A DNA stretch of 50,789 nucleotides from Acidobacteriota bacterium (GCA_021833665.1 JAKBES010000002.1:1-50789); one strand, 5' to 3'; positions 40,317 through 48,809 are shown, numbered from the stretch's first letter. Numbers and translations: made by a program. The notes: generated by a model not told the origin, from the sequence alone.

Positions 40317-40676
40317 CTACTTCGTGCCAGTGCGCAGGGAGGGGAGAGGGGTTTCCTCGTACGGGAGCTTCTGCTCGATCTGGAAGAAGCTGATGTCCTT
40401 GCCTTCGGGGACCATAGAGATGGTCGCCACAGCCTTCCCGGCCTCCGGCCCCGGAAGGGTGGTCTTCAGGGCGTAGCTGATCTTCGCCAGCTGGCCGGTG
40501 GCATCGGGTTCGATGACGATCTCGATACTCAGTTTCCGCTTGGCGTCGGTCTTCATGTTGGGGTTGGCGATGTCGGCGCCGATCTTTCGGAGCTCGAGTG
40601 TGGCGGCCTCCATCAGGTCGCCGTGGCCGATGTTGGCCAACGTCATCTCGACGGGTGGTGATGGGTTGGGGTTCAT
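40317..40676 (-). CDS. hypothetical protein, 119 aa
   Basis: I prefer the internal ATG 40676, because the sequence upstream of it is Pro-rich junk-like. Confidence 0.5.
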   Translation of the reverse strand: MNPNPSPPVEMTLANIGHGDLMEAATLELRKIGADIANPNMKTDAKRKLSIEIVIEPDATGQLAKISYALKTTLPGPEAGKAVATISMVPEGKDISFFQIEQKLPYEETPLPSLRTGTK

Positions 40677-40731
40677 GGTGGGCCTTTCAGGCAGGTGGCC
40701 GGGCACGGCCGGCTGGTGTTGGAGTGGTGGG

Positions 40732-42147
40732 TCACAGATCCAGGTCGGGGATGGTGGGAGGATTGTAGGGGCGCACATCCACCACCGGCTTTTCCCCGCG
40801 GTCCTCGATGTCCTGCAGGGGCTGCTCCCCGCGGCGCAGGGCGTCCATGGTGTCCAGGCTCACGGGCCGGGGCGGCTGGGCCTCGGCCTGGTGGTCCGCC
40901 ATCACCTCGCCGTCCTCGATGACGACGCCCACCTGGCCGGAGGCGTCAACCCGTTCAATCCAGACCTGCATGTCGTGCTCCTGGGCCATGTCGGCGAGGA
41001 GCTGCATGCTGGTGTCGTCCAGCAGGGAGCCATCCTGGATCCGGATCACGCGCAGCTTGGGGTTGGCGGCGATGGCCACGGCCACGGAGACGCGCAGCTG
41101 CTCGGCGCTGCTGGCCTGCTCGAAGGGCACCTCCTGGAAGAGCACCATGCCCTCGCCGAGGGTGAGGCCGGGCACGGGCATCTTGGCGCGGGAGATGGCG
41201 TCCATTTTGGCCCGGGTGCGCGTCTCCATGCTCTCGGTCAGAGCCTTGCTCTGGGCGTCCAGGTCCTGCACCCGGGCACGCAGCTCTGTGCGCCGGGACT
41301 CCACCTGCCGGACCTCGGCCGCAAGGTTGTTTGTCTGCTGGGCCTGGCGGATCTGAAGGGCAAGACCCTGGAGGTCTCCAGCGATGTCGGAGAGATGGTC
41401 GGCCTCATCACCACTGGCCCCGATTTCCTCTTCCAGGGTCGCCAGCTGGGCTTTCTTCGCGGCGAAGGCCTCTCGGATGCGCTCCAGTTCCTCGCGCAGG
41501 GCGGCAGCCTGCCGCTCCTTGCCGGCCCGCTGCTGCTGAACCAATTGAAGCCGGTTCTGCTCAACCAAGAGTTCCTGCTGGCGGTCCACAAGGGCCGCGA
41601 CATCCACGGGCTGCACCTCCTGGCTTGGCGCCGGCATGGCGTCCAGTTGGGACTCTGCGATCTTGAGGTCGCGGTTCACCTGGGTCCGCTGCTCGAAGTC
41701 CCGCTTGTTCAGGCCATCCAGTTTCTCAATGTCCACGTCCACCTGGGCGATCTGCCGCAGCTGGTCGAACTGCTCCTTGGGCTTCATGCGGGTGAAGGCC
41801 AGCGGGTCGAAGCTGAGGGCGCCCACCAGGTCATCGAGCATGCGCTGGGGGCTCTTGTAGGCCAGGCCCTCGGCGTTCTCCACGGTGAGGGTGCTGCCCT
41901 TCGGCGTGATGGAGCGGGTGACAATGATCTCGCCGAGGTCCAGCCGGATCCGCGCCTTGGAGGCACCCTTGCGAATGGGCTGGACCTGCAAGTGAGACGC
42001 CCCGCCCACGGCCGCCCAGATCGCATCGAGCACGCTGGTCTTGCCGTTGGCATTGCGCCCGGTGATCTGGACGAGGCAACCCTTGGGCGTGATGTCCACA
42101 GCCCTCAGGCGTTTGAAGTTTTCAGCTTCGAGGCGAAGGATCTTCAT
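40732..42147 (-). CDS. SMC/SbcC/Rad50-like AAA ATPase with long coiled-coil, 471 aa
   Basis: MKILRLEAENFKRLRAVDITPKGCLVQITGRNANGKTSVLDAIWAAVGG is the N-terminal Walker A module. A Q/E/L-rich central coil follows, and the C-terminal ..LRVIRIQDGSLLDD.. is Walker B-like. Confidence 0.75.
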   Translation of the reverse strand: MKILRLEAENFKRLRAVDITPKGCLVQITGRNANGKTSVLDAIWAAVGGASHLQVQPIRKGASKARIRLDLGEIIVTRSITPKGSTLTVENAEGLAYKSPQRMLDDLVGALSFDPLAFTRMKPKEQFDQLRQIAQVDVDIEKLDGLNKRDFEQRTQVNRDLKIAESQLDAMPAPSQEVQPVDVAALVDRQQELLVEQNRLQLVQQQRAGKERQAAALREELERIREAFAAKKAQLATLEEEIGASGDEADHLSDIAGDLQGLALQIRQAQQTNNLAAEVRQVESRRTELRARVQDLDAQSKALTESMETRTRAKMDAISRAKMPVPGLTLGEGMVLFQEVPFEQASSAEQLRVSVAVAIAANPKLRVIRIQDGSLLDDTSMQLLADMAQEHDMQVWIERVDASGQVGVVIEDGEVMADHQAEAQPPRPVSLDTMDALRRGEQPLQDIEDRGEKPVVDVRPYNPPTIPDLDL

Positions 42148-42355
42148 GGGGTGGGTTCTCCATTTCGGTGATGAGGCCCTGATAGGCGCGTTCGAGTGCG
42201 CCATCCACGGCCTTCCGGAAGAGGGGCAGCAGGAGGCTCTGGATTTGAGGGGTGTGAACCCGCAGGGATGGGAAGGCCTGCGCCAATCGTTCGCTGGCGA
42301 CGGCCGCCCATCCCGGCGGGGTGAGCACGACGAGGGGAGATTCGCCGTTGCTCAC
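42122..42355 (-). CDS. hypothetical protein, 77 aa
   Basis: GTGA overlap upstream. It overlaps the ATPase start by 26 nt. Confidence 0.4.
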   Translation of the reverse strand: MSNGESPLVVLTPPGWAAVASERLAQAFPSLRVHTPQIQSLLLPLFRKAVDGALERAYQGLITEMENPPHEDPSPRS

Positions 42356-42852
42356 GGGCGCAAGAACTTCTCGATGTCGGAGGGTTGAGGGCCCTGGGCG
42401 GAGCGGTGGTGGGTTTCGGGAGGCAGGCCATTGGCGCCCACGATCCGGAGCGGTTGAGGCACGGGGATGGTTTCCACAACCTGGAGCACCTCGTTCCAGT
42501 TCTGATCGAGAGCGGCGGCGAGGCTACCCCCCACCTGCTGGATGGGGCTGGACTTGAACTGCTGGACCTCCACCACGGGTATGTCCTGCATGGTGAAAAG
42601 GCACCCGCGCCTGCCAGGCAGAAAGACCATGAGTGCGAGGCGCAGGTCGTCCGATCCGGGTTCGGCCAGCCGCATGAGGTCATTCATCTGGCTGGTGAGC
42701 GGCGTGGTCTCGCTGACGTTCAGGTTGGGCCGCTCGTCCAGCATGGCCTGCACGACTCCCTGAAGGGTGCTCTGGGGATCCTCCTGTGAGCGGCGCTGCA
42801 GTTCCTGCGCGAAGGCCAGCACCACGGGGTAGAAGGGAAGGAATTTCTTCAC
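42352..42852 (-). CDS. hypothetical protein, 166 aa
   Basis: GTG 42852 has AGGAGA 8 nt upstream. The longer tracked ORF upstream of it looks like junk. Confidence 0.5.
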   Translation of the reverse strand: MKKFLPFYPVVLAFAQELQRRSQEDPQSTLQGVVQAMLDERPNLNVSETTPLTSQMNDLMRLAEPGSDDLRLALMVFLPGRRGCLFTMQDIPVVEVQQFKSSPIQQVGGSLAAALDQNWNEVLQVVETIPVPQPLRIVGANGLPPETHHRSAQGPQPSDIEKFLRP

Positions 42853-42866
42853 GGAGGGTCTCCTGG

Positions 42867-43130
42867 TTAGGTGATGGGGAAGAGTCGTTGAAAGAGGCGG
42901 GTCCAGAACCCGGGCCGGGGCGCAGGTTGCGCGCGCTTGACCTGCGGATAGTTCTGGGGGCCCAGGCCGCGGGAGGCGGTGCGATCCCAGAGGTGTCCGC
43001 AGGCCATGCAACGGGACACGGAGCCGTTGACCATGTAGGTGGTGTCCCCGTCTGTTTCCATCCCGATGCAGGGACGCAACTCGCGGATGACACGGAGGGA
43101 TGAGCAGACGGGGCAGCAGGTGGTCGTCAT
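42867..43130 (-). CDS. zinc-ribbon protein (CPVC...CMAC), 87 aa
   Basis: Two CxxC pairs, and an ATGA overlap upstream. Confidence 0.5.
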   Translation of the reverse strand: MTTTCCPVCSSLRVIRELRPCIGMETDGDTTYMVNGSVSRCMACGHLWDRTASRGLGPQNYPQVKRAQPAPRPGFWTRLFQRLFPIT

Positions 43131-43375
43131 GGGTGGGCGACCTCGTAGATGTCCTCCTGGATCAACCGGGCCGCGCCCAATGGATCCACCCACAACGGGG
43201 AATGAGGGGGGAACGTCCGGTGCACGCGATGGCCGTCAGGCAGCTGGAGCGTGAACCGGATCCGGTGGTCTATCTGCTTGGGCTCGCAGTTGAGTACCAG
43301 GATCCTGGAGCCATCGTGCTCCACGATCACATCTCCGGGTATCAGCAGGCTGGCCTCGAATTTCCGCACAGTCAT
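43127..43375 (-). CDS. hypothetical protein, 82 aa
   Basis: TGATG coupling upstream and ATGA coupling downstream. Confidence 0.45.
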   Translation of the reverse strand: MTVRKFEASLLIPGDVIVEHDGSRILVLNCEPKQIDHRIRFTLQLPDGHRVHRTFPPHSPLWVDPLGAARLIQEDIYEVAHP

Positions 43376-43641
43376 CAGCCCCTCCAGAGGACAGGGGCCG
43401 CGCCCAAGGGCACGGGCAGGGGCAGCGGGGAGGGCCCGTCCGTCTCTTTGCGGTAGGCCAGGGTTGCCAGGCGCAGGATGTCGTCGAAGTCGAGGCACCG
43501 GGCCTCGCAGAAGTGCATGAGATCAGTCAGCACGTCCTGGCAGGCATCGCTCAGGTCGTCAGGGAGCGGCTGGAACTGCGCAACGGCATGGGCTTCCAGG
43601 AGCGGCATGATGCGGGCGGCACGGTCACGGTTGCTGGTCAT
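43375..43641 (-). CDS. hypothetical protein, 88 aa
   Basis: Coupled ORF with ATGA upstream. Confidence 0.45.
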   Translation of the reverse strand: MTSNRDRAARIMPLLEAHAVAQFQPLPDDLSDACQDVLTDLMHFCEARCLDFDDILRLATLAYRKETDGPSPLPLPVPLGAAPVLWRG

Positions 43642-43835
43642 GCGCGCGCGCCCTCCAGCTGGACCCGCTGGGGCTCATGGATGGGGATGAAGTCCTGGAC
43701 CAAGGGGCTCCAGTAGAGGAGGACGGGCCCGGCAGGGGTGGATGCCTCATAGGCGGGGAGGGCTGGGCCACTGGGCCGGAATCGGACGTGGCCGACGGGC
43801 TTGATGGGTGGCGGATAGTGGACTGGGGTGGGCAT
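43638..43835 (-). CDS. hypothetical Pro-rich protein, 65 aa
   Basis: GGAG lies about 10 nt before the ATG. It is the second gene of the leftward operon. Confidence 0.4.
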   Translation of the reverse strand: MPTPVHYPPPIKPVGHVRFRPSGPALPAYEASTPAGPVLLYWSPLVQDFIPIHEPQRVQLEGARA

Positions 43836-43913
43836 ACTCGGTGCTCCAGGTGCTCAGTGCCCGATGGATGGGATGGCGCACGCGGTTGGGCAGGGCCGCA
43901 GGCCGATGTGGGG

Positions 43914-44150
43914 CTACTCGGGGATGGGGCCTCTGCCTTCTGCCAACCACGGGACGGTGGTTTTCAGCGCGGTGGCGAGTTGGGCAAGGCGGCTCTCGCG
44001 CGGTTCGGTTTCACCACGCTCCCACCTGGACACGGTCTGTTCGTTTACAGGCACGGGCAGGCGCATGGCGAGGTCGAACTGGGTTAGACCTCGCAACACA
44101 CGGAGGTAATGGAGGCGCTGGGGGAATGTTTCGATGCCGGGCAATTCCAA
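43914..44150 (-). CDS. Cro-like XRE-family HTH regulator, 78 aa
   Basis: ..LHYLRVLRGLTQFDLAMRLPVPVNEQTVSRWERGETEP is the XRE HTH. The gene is divergent from the CI-like gene. TTG start as tracked, with AAGGTG upstream. Confidence 0.7.
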   Translation of the reverse strand: MELPGIETFPQRLHYLRVLRGLTQFDLAMRLPVPVNEQTVSRWERGETEPRESRLAQLATALKTTVPWLAEGRGPIPE

Positions 44151-44188
44151 GTGGTCACCTTGTTTTTCAGTTAAATTGCTGCTGCGTG

Positions 44189-44217
44189 TTGACTCGTGCC
44201 TACCGGGTGCCTAGTAT
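44189..44217 (+). promoter_or_regulatory. sigma70-like promoter TTGACT-17 nt-TAGTAT with direct repeats GTGCCTA-N4-GTGCCTA (44197-44214) across the spacer and -10 element
   Basis: Read directly in the 177-nt divergent region. An inverted copy, TAGGCAT, lies at about 44276. Confidence 0.55.
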
Positions 44218-44327
44218 TTCTGGTGCGGCTGATAGGCTTTGGCCGCGCTGGAGATCCTCAAACGCATACCACAAGCTAGGCATGTGGCTACCAAAACGCA
44301 AGAGGCTATTTTCAGGAGGAGGCCTCC

Positions 44328-44852
44328 ATGGTTGGTCTCGGATCGTTCGGCAGGCGCCTGAAGGCGGCGCGAGAAAGGGCGGGGATCACCCAAGAGGATC
44401 TGGCCGCGCGCCTGGACCGCCACAAATTCACGGTGGCCAAGTGGGAGCAGGAGCTTCACCCGCCGAAAAAGGCTGGGGACTATGACGAGCTGGCCTACCA
44501 CCTCAACTGTTCAGTGGTCTGGCTCCGCGACGGCGTGGGGGAGATGGGCTCCAAGTACACCCCAGACCCCAATGCCCCAGACGTAGTGGCGCGGCGGGCC
44601 GTGCGTCGTCTGCCGCGCACGGCTTACGCGGGCCCACCAGTGGCGGCAGGCGTGGCCGAGCCAGCTCTGAGGGAGCCGGATCTGTGGGTCACCGTGGCGG
44701 ACTGTGTGGTAATGCTGATCGAGGCCAAACCCATAGGTCTGTCGGCTACGGATCTGGCCCGCGCGCTACCGGTGCTGTATGCGATCGCGCGGAGATCGCC
44801 GGAAGCCTGCGACGCAGCCATGGCCACCCAGGTTCTCCAGGCAATGCAATAG
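44328..44852 (+). CDS. CI-like XRE-family repressor without an S24 peptidase domain, 174 aa
   Basis: AGGAGG before the ATG. The HTH is FGRRLKAARERAGITQEDLAARLDRHKFTVAKWEQ. The C-terminal ~100 aa lack the LexA/CI Ser-Lys motifs. Confidence 0.7.
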   Translation: MVGLGSFGRRLKAARERAGITQEDLAARLDRHKFTVAKWEQELHPPKKAGDYDELAYHLNCSVVWLRDGVGEMGSKYTPDPNAPDVVARRAVRRLPRTAYAGPPVAAGVAEPALREPDLWVTVADCVVMLIEAKPIGLSATDLARALPVLYAIARRSPEACDAAMATQVLQAMQ

Positions 44853-45076
44853 AGTCGCAATTAAAAAGTCGTGGTGCAAGTGGACACATGGGGGGTTTAT
44901 GGCAAGAGACATGCCACTGCGATGTATAGGCGCACACTGGCATAATCCTGCATAGTAGAGCGTGAATATACTATTTTGAGCCGAGCAAGTGACAGCCTGT
45001 GGGTGAGTCTGACAATAAATTGCCCTCCTATTTATTGCACTTGCCAATACATAAGTAGGAATGGGATGCCTAGAGG

Positions 45077-45280
45077 ATGCCTCCAGGCCGATCCAAACCC
45101 GGGCGCCCTCGGCGCGGTGAACCCCCGGCTCCGGCCCGAAAACGAACCATCGCGTTCCCGGTGGACCAGGACGACGCGCTCCAGGCCAAGGCCCACCAAT
45201 TGGGCATCAGCCTCCAGGCAGCTGTTCGGCAGGCCGTGGATGAGTGGCTGGAGCACCAGGGCGGCGCTAAACTGCCGTAG
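45077..45280 (+). CDS. ribbon-helix-helix (CopG/Arc-like) DNA-binding protein with a basic N-terminal tail, 67 aa
   Basis: RKRTIAFPVDQDDALQAKAHQLGISLQAAVRQAVDEWL fits the beta-alpha-alpha RHH layout. Confidence 0.6.
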   Translation: MPPGRSKPGRPRRGEPPAPARKRTIAFPVDQDDALQAKAHQLGISLQAAVRQAVDEWLEHQGGAKLP

Positions 45281-45290
45281 GCGGTGCGAC

Positions 45291-45539
45291 ATGACCCCGA
45301 ATGAGTTCTGGCACGAGGTTTTCGGTGAGATCGAGCCGGGCGCGTTCTGGGCAAAGGCCAGTGGAGAGGGATGCAGCCAGGCCGATGAGGCGGTGGACCT
45401 CGATCTGGCGGCGCGCGGGATCTGGCTGGAGATCCCGGACCGGGAGATCCTGTCGCGGTACCTATGCGCCTGCGTGCCGGGCGTGCCGCACGACTGGCAG
45501 GAGGGTGAGGCTGGCACCACTCGCCTGCCCGGCTGGTGA
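45291..45539 (+). CDS. hypothetical acidic protein, 82 aa
   Basis: The ATG is 10 nt after the RHH stop. Confidence 0.45.
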   Translation: MTPNEFWHEVFGEIEPGAFWAKASGEGCSQADEAVDLDLAARGIWLEIPDREILSRYLCACVPGVPHDWQEGEAGTTRLPGW

Positions 45540-45546
45540 CGCGAAA

Positions 45547-45566
45547 AGGGCCCCCGAAGGGGCCCT
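45547..45566 (-). terminator. rho-independent terminator (AGGGCCCC-TTCG-GGGGCCCT-TTTC on the minus strand)
   Basis: 8-bp GC stem and tetraloop, with the T-run on the minus strand just downstream of the Bro gene stop. It lies between convergent genes. Confidence 0.7.
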
Positions 45567-45593
45567 AAAGGGGGCGGCGCATGGATGGCCAGG

Positions 45594-46568
45594 TCAGCGA
45601 GGCAGGGCCCGCTCAGCGGTGAAGTGCTGGCGTCCCTGGCCCAGCATGGCGGCGAAATCCAGCCCCTCGCGCTCCGCCAGGTGCATCAGGTCAGCCAGCA
45701 GGTGCGGCATCTGGTGTCCGTAGGCGTAGCGGATGTCCCGCAGGTCAGCGGTGCTTTCGTGGTGCTCCAGTGCCTGCACGGCGAACCGGGCGCGGTCCTC
45801 GCTGGTGGGCACGAAGACCGGATGCTCCGGCGGGATGACCGGGAGCTTCGCCGGGCGGCCCAGGAGTTTGGGGGCCCGGGTGACGGTGGGATCCACCTGG
45901 GTTTCAGGCAGGGTCGGCACGGGGAGGGCGCGCAGCCAGCCCTGGAACTGCTGGGCCTCTGGATAGCGGGCCCGGGCGGCAAAGGTCTGCACCCCATCCA
46001 GCGACAGGGCCATGACGTGCTGCCGGGAGCAGCCCTCCAGGGTCTCCAGCAACGCGAGGCCTTTCATCTCGCGGGGAATGTGCGCCACCAGGGAGCCGCC
46101 CTTGTGCCAGGAGTAGCCACAGGCGAGGCAGAAGTCCTTGGCGGCCACCCAGGGCTGGCCCTGGTGCTGGAAGGCGCGGACAGGGAAGCCCTGGTAGGAC
46201 AGGACGGAGGCGCCCGGCGTGGCACGGGGCGGCGCGGCAGGGATCTGGTACCGGCCCTCCCGGCGCAGGGCGGGGAGAACCTCGTGCGTGACCCAGCGGC
46301 GGAAGGCGCGGGCCTGGGGTTTCCGGGACCGGAGGATCAGGGTGTAGAGGCCGGATTCGGAGACCGCTGCTGATTCCTGGGGCCCCCCAAGGGTGTCCAC
46401 TACTACCGACCCCCTTTCGTCATCATCGAGCCTTGAAACCGCATCGCGGTGCTTCTCGATGTCGAGGGCCGCGCACACGTCGGCGGCCACGAACCACGGC
46501 TCGTCGCCCTTCAGGAGGGTGCGGATGGGGGCCTTGGCGTCGAAGGTGAAGGTCTGAAGGGCCATCAT
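45594..46568 (-). CDS. Bro-N domain antirepressor-family protein, 324 aa
   Basis: FTFDAKAPIRTLLKGDEPWFVAADVCAALDI...SESGLYTLILRSRKPQARAFRRWVTHEVLPALRREGRY is the Bro-N signature. A second Bro/ANT-like segment follows (..GQPWVAAKDFCLACGY..). Confidence 0.85.
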   Translation of the reverse strand: MMALQTFTFDAKAPIRTLLKGDEPWFVAADVCAALDIEKHRDAVSRLDDDERGSVVVDTLGGPQESAAVSESGLYTLILRSRKPQARAFRRWVTHEVLPALRREGRYQIPAAPPRATPGASVLSYQGFPVRAFQHQGQPWVAAKDFCLACGYSWHKGGSLVAHIPREMKGLALLETLEGCSRQHVMALSLDGVQTFAARARYPEAQQFQGWLRALPVPTLPETQVDPTVTRAPKLLGRPAKLPVIPPEHPVFVPTSEDRARFAVQALEHHESTADLRDIRYAYGHQMPHLLADLMHLAEREGLDFAAMLGQGRQHFTAERALPR

Positions 46569-46690
46569 CGCGCCACCTGCACGGTCAGCGCGTCGAGGTA
46601 GAGGGAGACGGCATCCTTCGGGCTGATGCCAAGATCGGCTGCGAGGGCGAGGGCTTCGCACAGCTCGCCGAAGGTGAGGGATAGGCTCAT
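46565..46690 (-). CDS. hypothetical protein, 41 aa
   Basis: GGAGGCTCCC precedes the ATG, and the stop abuts the Bro start. Confidence 0.4.
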   Translation of the reverse strand: MSLSLTFGELCEALALAADLGISPKDAVSLYLDALTVQVAR

Positions 46691-46928
46691 GGGAGCCTCC
46701 TTTGTGGGCCCGGCTTTGAAGGCTGGGCAGTACACGATGAAGCCCCGACTAGGCGGGGCGTTGTCTGGCTGAACCGGGAGCTTCAAACCCTGACGATGCG
46801 CCAAAGGTAACGCAGCTCAGAGCGGGATTATTCGTGCGCTTGTAGCGCCTTATCTCTCCGCACTCCCGGCAATGTGCCATGCTTCCGTCCTTTGGTTCGT
46901 CGGGATTTGAAGGCCCGATGACCAGAGG

Positions 46929-47348
46929 ATGGGCGGATGGGTGTATGTTGTCAAGGGCTTGGGGTATGGCATGAATAAAGATGCGAGGTTCTTCCTGTTC
47001 AACATCCCGCCTATGTTCCTCTTGGTGGTTGGATGGCTCATCTTTATGAGGCATCTCCCGCCCTGGGTGGTGGTCGCCATCGCTGGCATTGGCATTGGGT
47101 GGGGGCTACTGGTGATGGTTTTTGCCGACCGGCATATCCAACCAAGTCCCAAGAAGACCAAGAAACGACACCGGCAGGCGTGGCTTTTCTGGGTATCAGG
47201 ACTCGCTTGGGGCGTCTGGTTTGTGAAACGCCTAGTTGGTGGGGACCTCATCACCTTCCAAACCGTGGGGATCACGCTATGCCTACTCTTGATGTTCTCG
47301 GTGGGTTGGATCTTGTGGGCTCAAGGTAGCGGCAAGCGTCTTGTATGA
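46929..47348 (+). CDS. multi-pass membrane protein in a lower-GC island (moron; superinfection-exclusion candidate), up to 139 aa
   Basis: There are about four hydrophobic segments (FFLFNIPPMFLLVVGWLIF, WVVVAIAGIGIGWGLLVMVF, AWLFWVSGLAWGVWF, ITLCLLLMFSVGWILW). A 100-nt sample at 46961 has 50% G+C. The gene has the opposite orientation to both neighbours. The start is uncertain: ATGs at 46929, 46937, 46945 and 46971. Confidence 0.6.
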   Translation: MGGWVYVVKGLGYGMNKDARFFLFNIPPMFLLVVGWLIFMRHLPPWVVVAIAGIGIGWGLLVMVFADRHIQPSPKKTKKRHRQAWLFWVSGLAWGVWFVKRLVGGDLITFQTVGITLCLLLMFSVGWILWAQGSGKRLV

Positions 47349-47364
47349 TCCCAAAGATCCCGAA

Positions 47365-47383
47365 AGCCCGGACTTCACGGGCT
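47365..47383. terminator. hairpin AGCCCG-N7-CGGGCT between convergent genes (weak terminator candidate)
   Basis: 6-bp stem; only an interrupted T-run follows on the minus strand. Confidence 0.3.
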
Positions 47384-47408
47384 CGTCGGGTGATGTGGAG
47401 GGCGCGGG

Positions 47409-47975
47409 TCAGGCGTTGTTGATGCGCTCCTGGAGGTAATCGGCAACGTCGCCGTCCAGGATGGCGCGCTGCTCGGCCCACGCCTCCTCGATCAGGCGCA
47501 CGGCGGCAGTCTCAGCCGTCTCGCCCTCCAGCACCAGGTCTCCAATGGGACAGGCCTGGCACCAGTCGTCTACCGCGAACACGTTGACCTCGCCGCTCAG
47601 GTCAGCGCAGAGGTTTTCCAGATCCGTGATGGCGGCCCGGGCATCCTCGCTGTAGCGGCCGACGTGGTTGGATCCGTCCCAGACCCTCTCGTAGCCCTCA
47701 CAGATGCGGAGGAGGAGGGGTTGGACCTCGGCGGCCAGTTCCTGGCACTGGGCATTGGACAGGGTGTTGGGCACGCTCACGCGCACCAGCTGGTGATGCC
47801 AAAGGGCCGTCGGAATGGCGTTGCCGATCTCGGCATTCCAGGTCATCGAGGCGGTGCGGGCATTGGGGTCCAGCTCGATGTAGGCGTCCTGAGCCTGGGT
47901 CTGGCGCGGGTAGCGATGGTAGAGCGGGGCGCGGTCGTCAGAGATGGTGACGGGGATCTGCGTGGTGGTGTTCAT
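47409..47975 (-). CDS. hypothetical acidic protein, 188 aa
   Basis: GGAGGG lies 5 nt before the ATG. D/E-rich. No family recognised. Confidence 0.6.
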   Translation of the reverse strand: MNTTTQIPVTISDDRAPLYHRYPRQTQAQDAYIELDPNARTASMTWNAEIGNAIPTALWHHQLVRVSVPNTLSNAQCQELAAEVQPLLLRICEGYERVWDGSNHVGRYSEDARAAITDLENLCADLSGEVNVFAVDDWCQACPIGDLVLEGETAETAAVRLIEEAWAEQRAILDGDVADYLQERINNA

Positions 47976-48043
47976 GATGCCCTCCGGGCGATGGGGTTGG
48001 GTGGATGGTAACTCGTGGTGGATGACGGGTTTTGTCGAGTCTA

Positions 48044-48106
48044 CTACTCGCGGCGCCCGATCAGGGCCGCCCAGACCATGAGGATCATCAGGACCAGGCG
48101 ATTCAT
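48044..48106 (-). CDS. micro-ORF encoding a 20-aa hydrophobic peptide (MNRLVLMILMVWAALIGRRE)
   Basis: ATGA overlap with the upstream gene, and 19/20 codons end in G/C. Confidence 0.4.
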   Translation of the reverse strand: MNRLVLMILMVWAALIGRRE

Positions 48107-48390
48107 CGGCGTGCCACCCGCGCCAGGCGCTTGGCGCAGTCCTCGTGCAGCCAGTAGGGCTTGCCGCCCACCAGATACAGACCGTCCTGCGGGTTCGCCG
48201 TCAAGGGACGCCGGCAGCGGTCGCACAGAGGCTGCACGCCAGGATGGACCTGCCAATCAGCGGGCCTCGGCTGGGCCAGCAGGGTGCCACTCACAGGCTG
48301 GGGTTCGGCGGGCAGCAGGATCGCCACGGCGCAGACGGCCAGGGTGAGCAGCGTCAACCCCATGAGCACGCGATAGGATTTGTCGGTCAT
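48103..48390 (-). CDS. membrane-anchored protein with Cys cluster, 95 aa
   Basis: The N-terminal anchor is VLMGLTLLTLAVCAVAILL. The C-terminus carries CDRC....C. Confidence 0.5.
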   Translation of the reverse strand: MTDKSYRVLMGLTLLTLAVCAVAILLPAEPQPVSGTLLAQPRPADWQVHPGVQPLCDRCRRPLTANPQDGLYLVGGKPYWLHEDCAKRLARVARR

Positions 48391-48400
48391 GGCGTGGCTC

Positions 48401-48580
48401 CTACAGGACGAGGGCATCGTCATGGGTGGTGGGGATCGGGCGGGCATACTGCCGCTCGGACAGGATCAGGACGGGGCGCCACGACAGATCCAGCAGCACC
48501 GGCAACTCACCGGGCCGCAGCACCCGGGCCGTGTAGGCAGGCTGGGCGGATCTCAGGGCGGGATAGTAGGCGGGGGCCAT
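48401..48580 (-). CDS. hypothetical protein, 59 aa
   Basis: I prefer the internal ATG 48580. The gene abuts the upstream stop. Confidence 0.35.
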   Translation of the reverse strand: MAPAYYPALRSAQPAYTARVLRPGELPVLLDLSWRPVLILSERQYARPIPTTHDDALVL

Positions 48581-48581
48581 G

Positions 48582-48809
48582 TCAGGCCTCCCGCTTGTGT
48601 GTGGTGTAGGGGATACCGGCGGTCTGGAGGCACGCCAGGGCGGTCCGCAGCAGGTCATACGGGTGCACCACGGCTTCATGCCCAGACATCACGTTCTGGA
48701 TGGGCCACGCCATGCCGTCCGTCTTACCGACCGCACACCGGATCGGCTCGGGGCTCTCCCGGATGATCTTGGCGGCCTGCTCCCGGGTGATCTCGCGTGC
48801 GTAGATCAT
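48582..48809 (-). CDS. hypothetical protein, 75 aa
   Basis: ATGA overlap upstream, with the start at ATG 48809. Confidence 0.45.
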   Translation of the reverse strand: MIYAREITREQAAKIIRESPEPIRCAVGKTDGMAWPIQNVMSGHEAVVHPYDLLRTALACLQTAGIPYTTHKREA

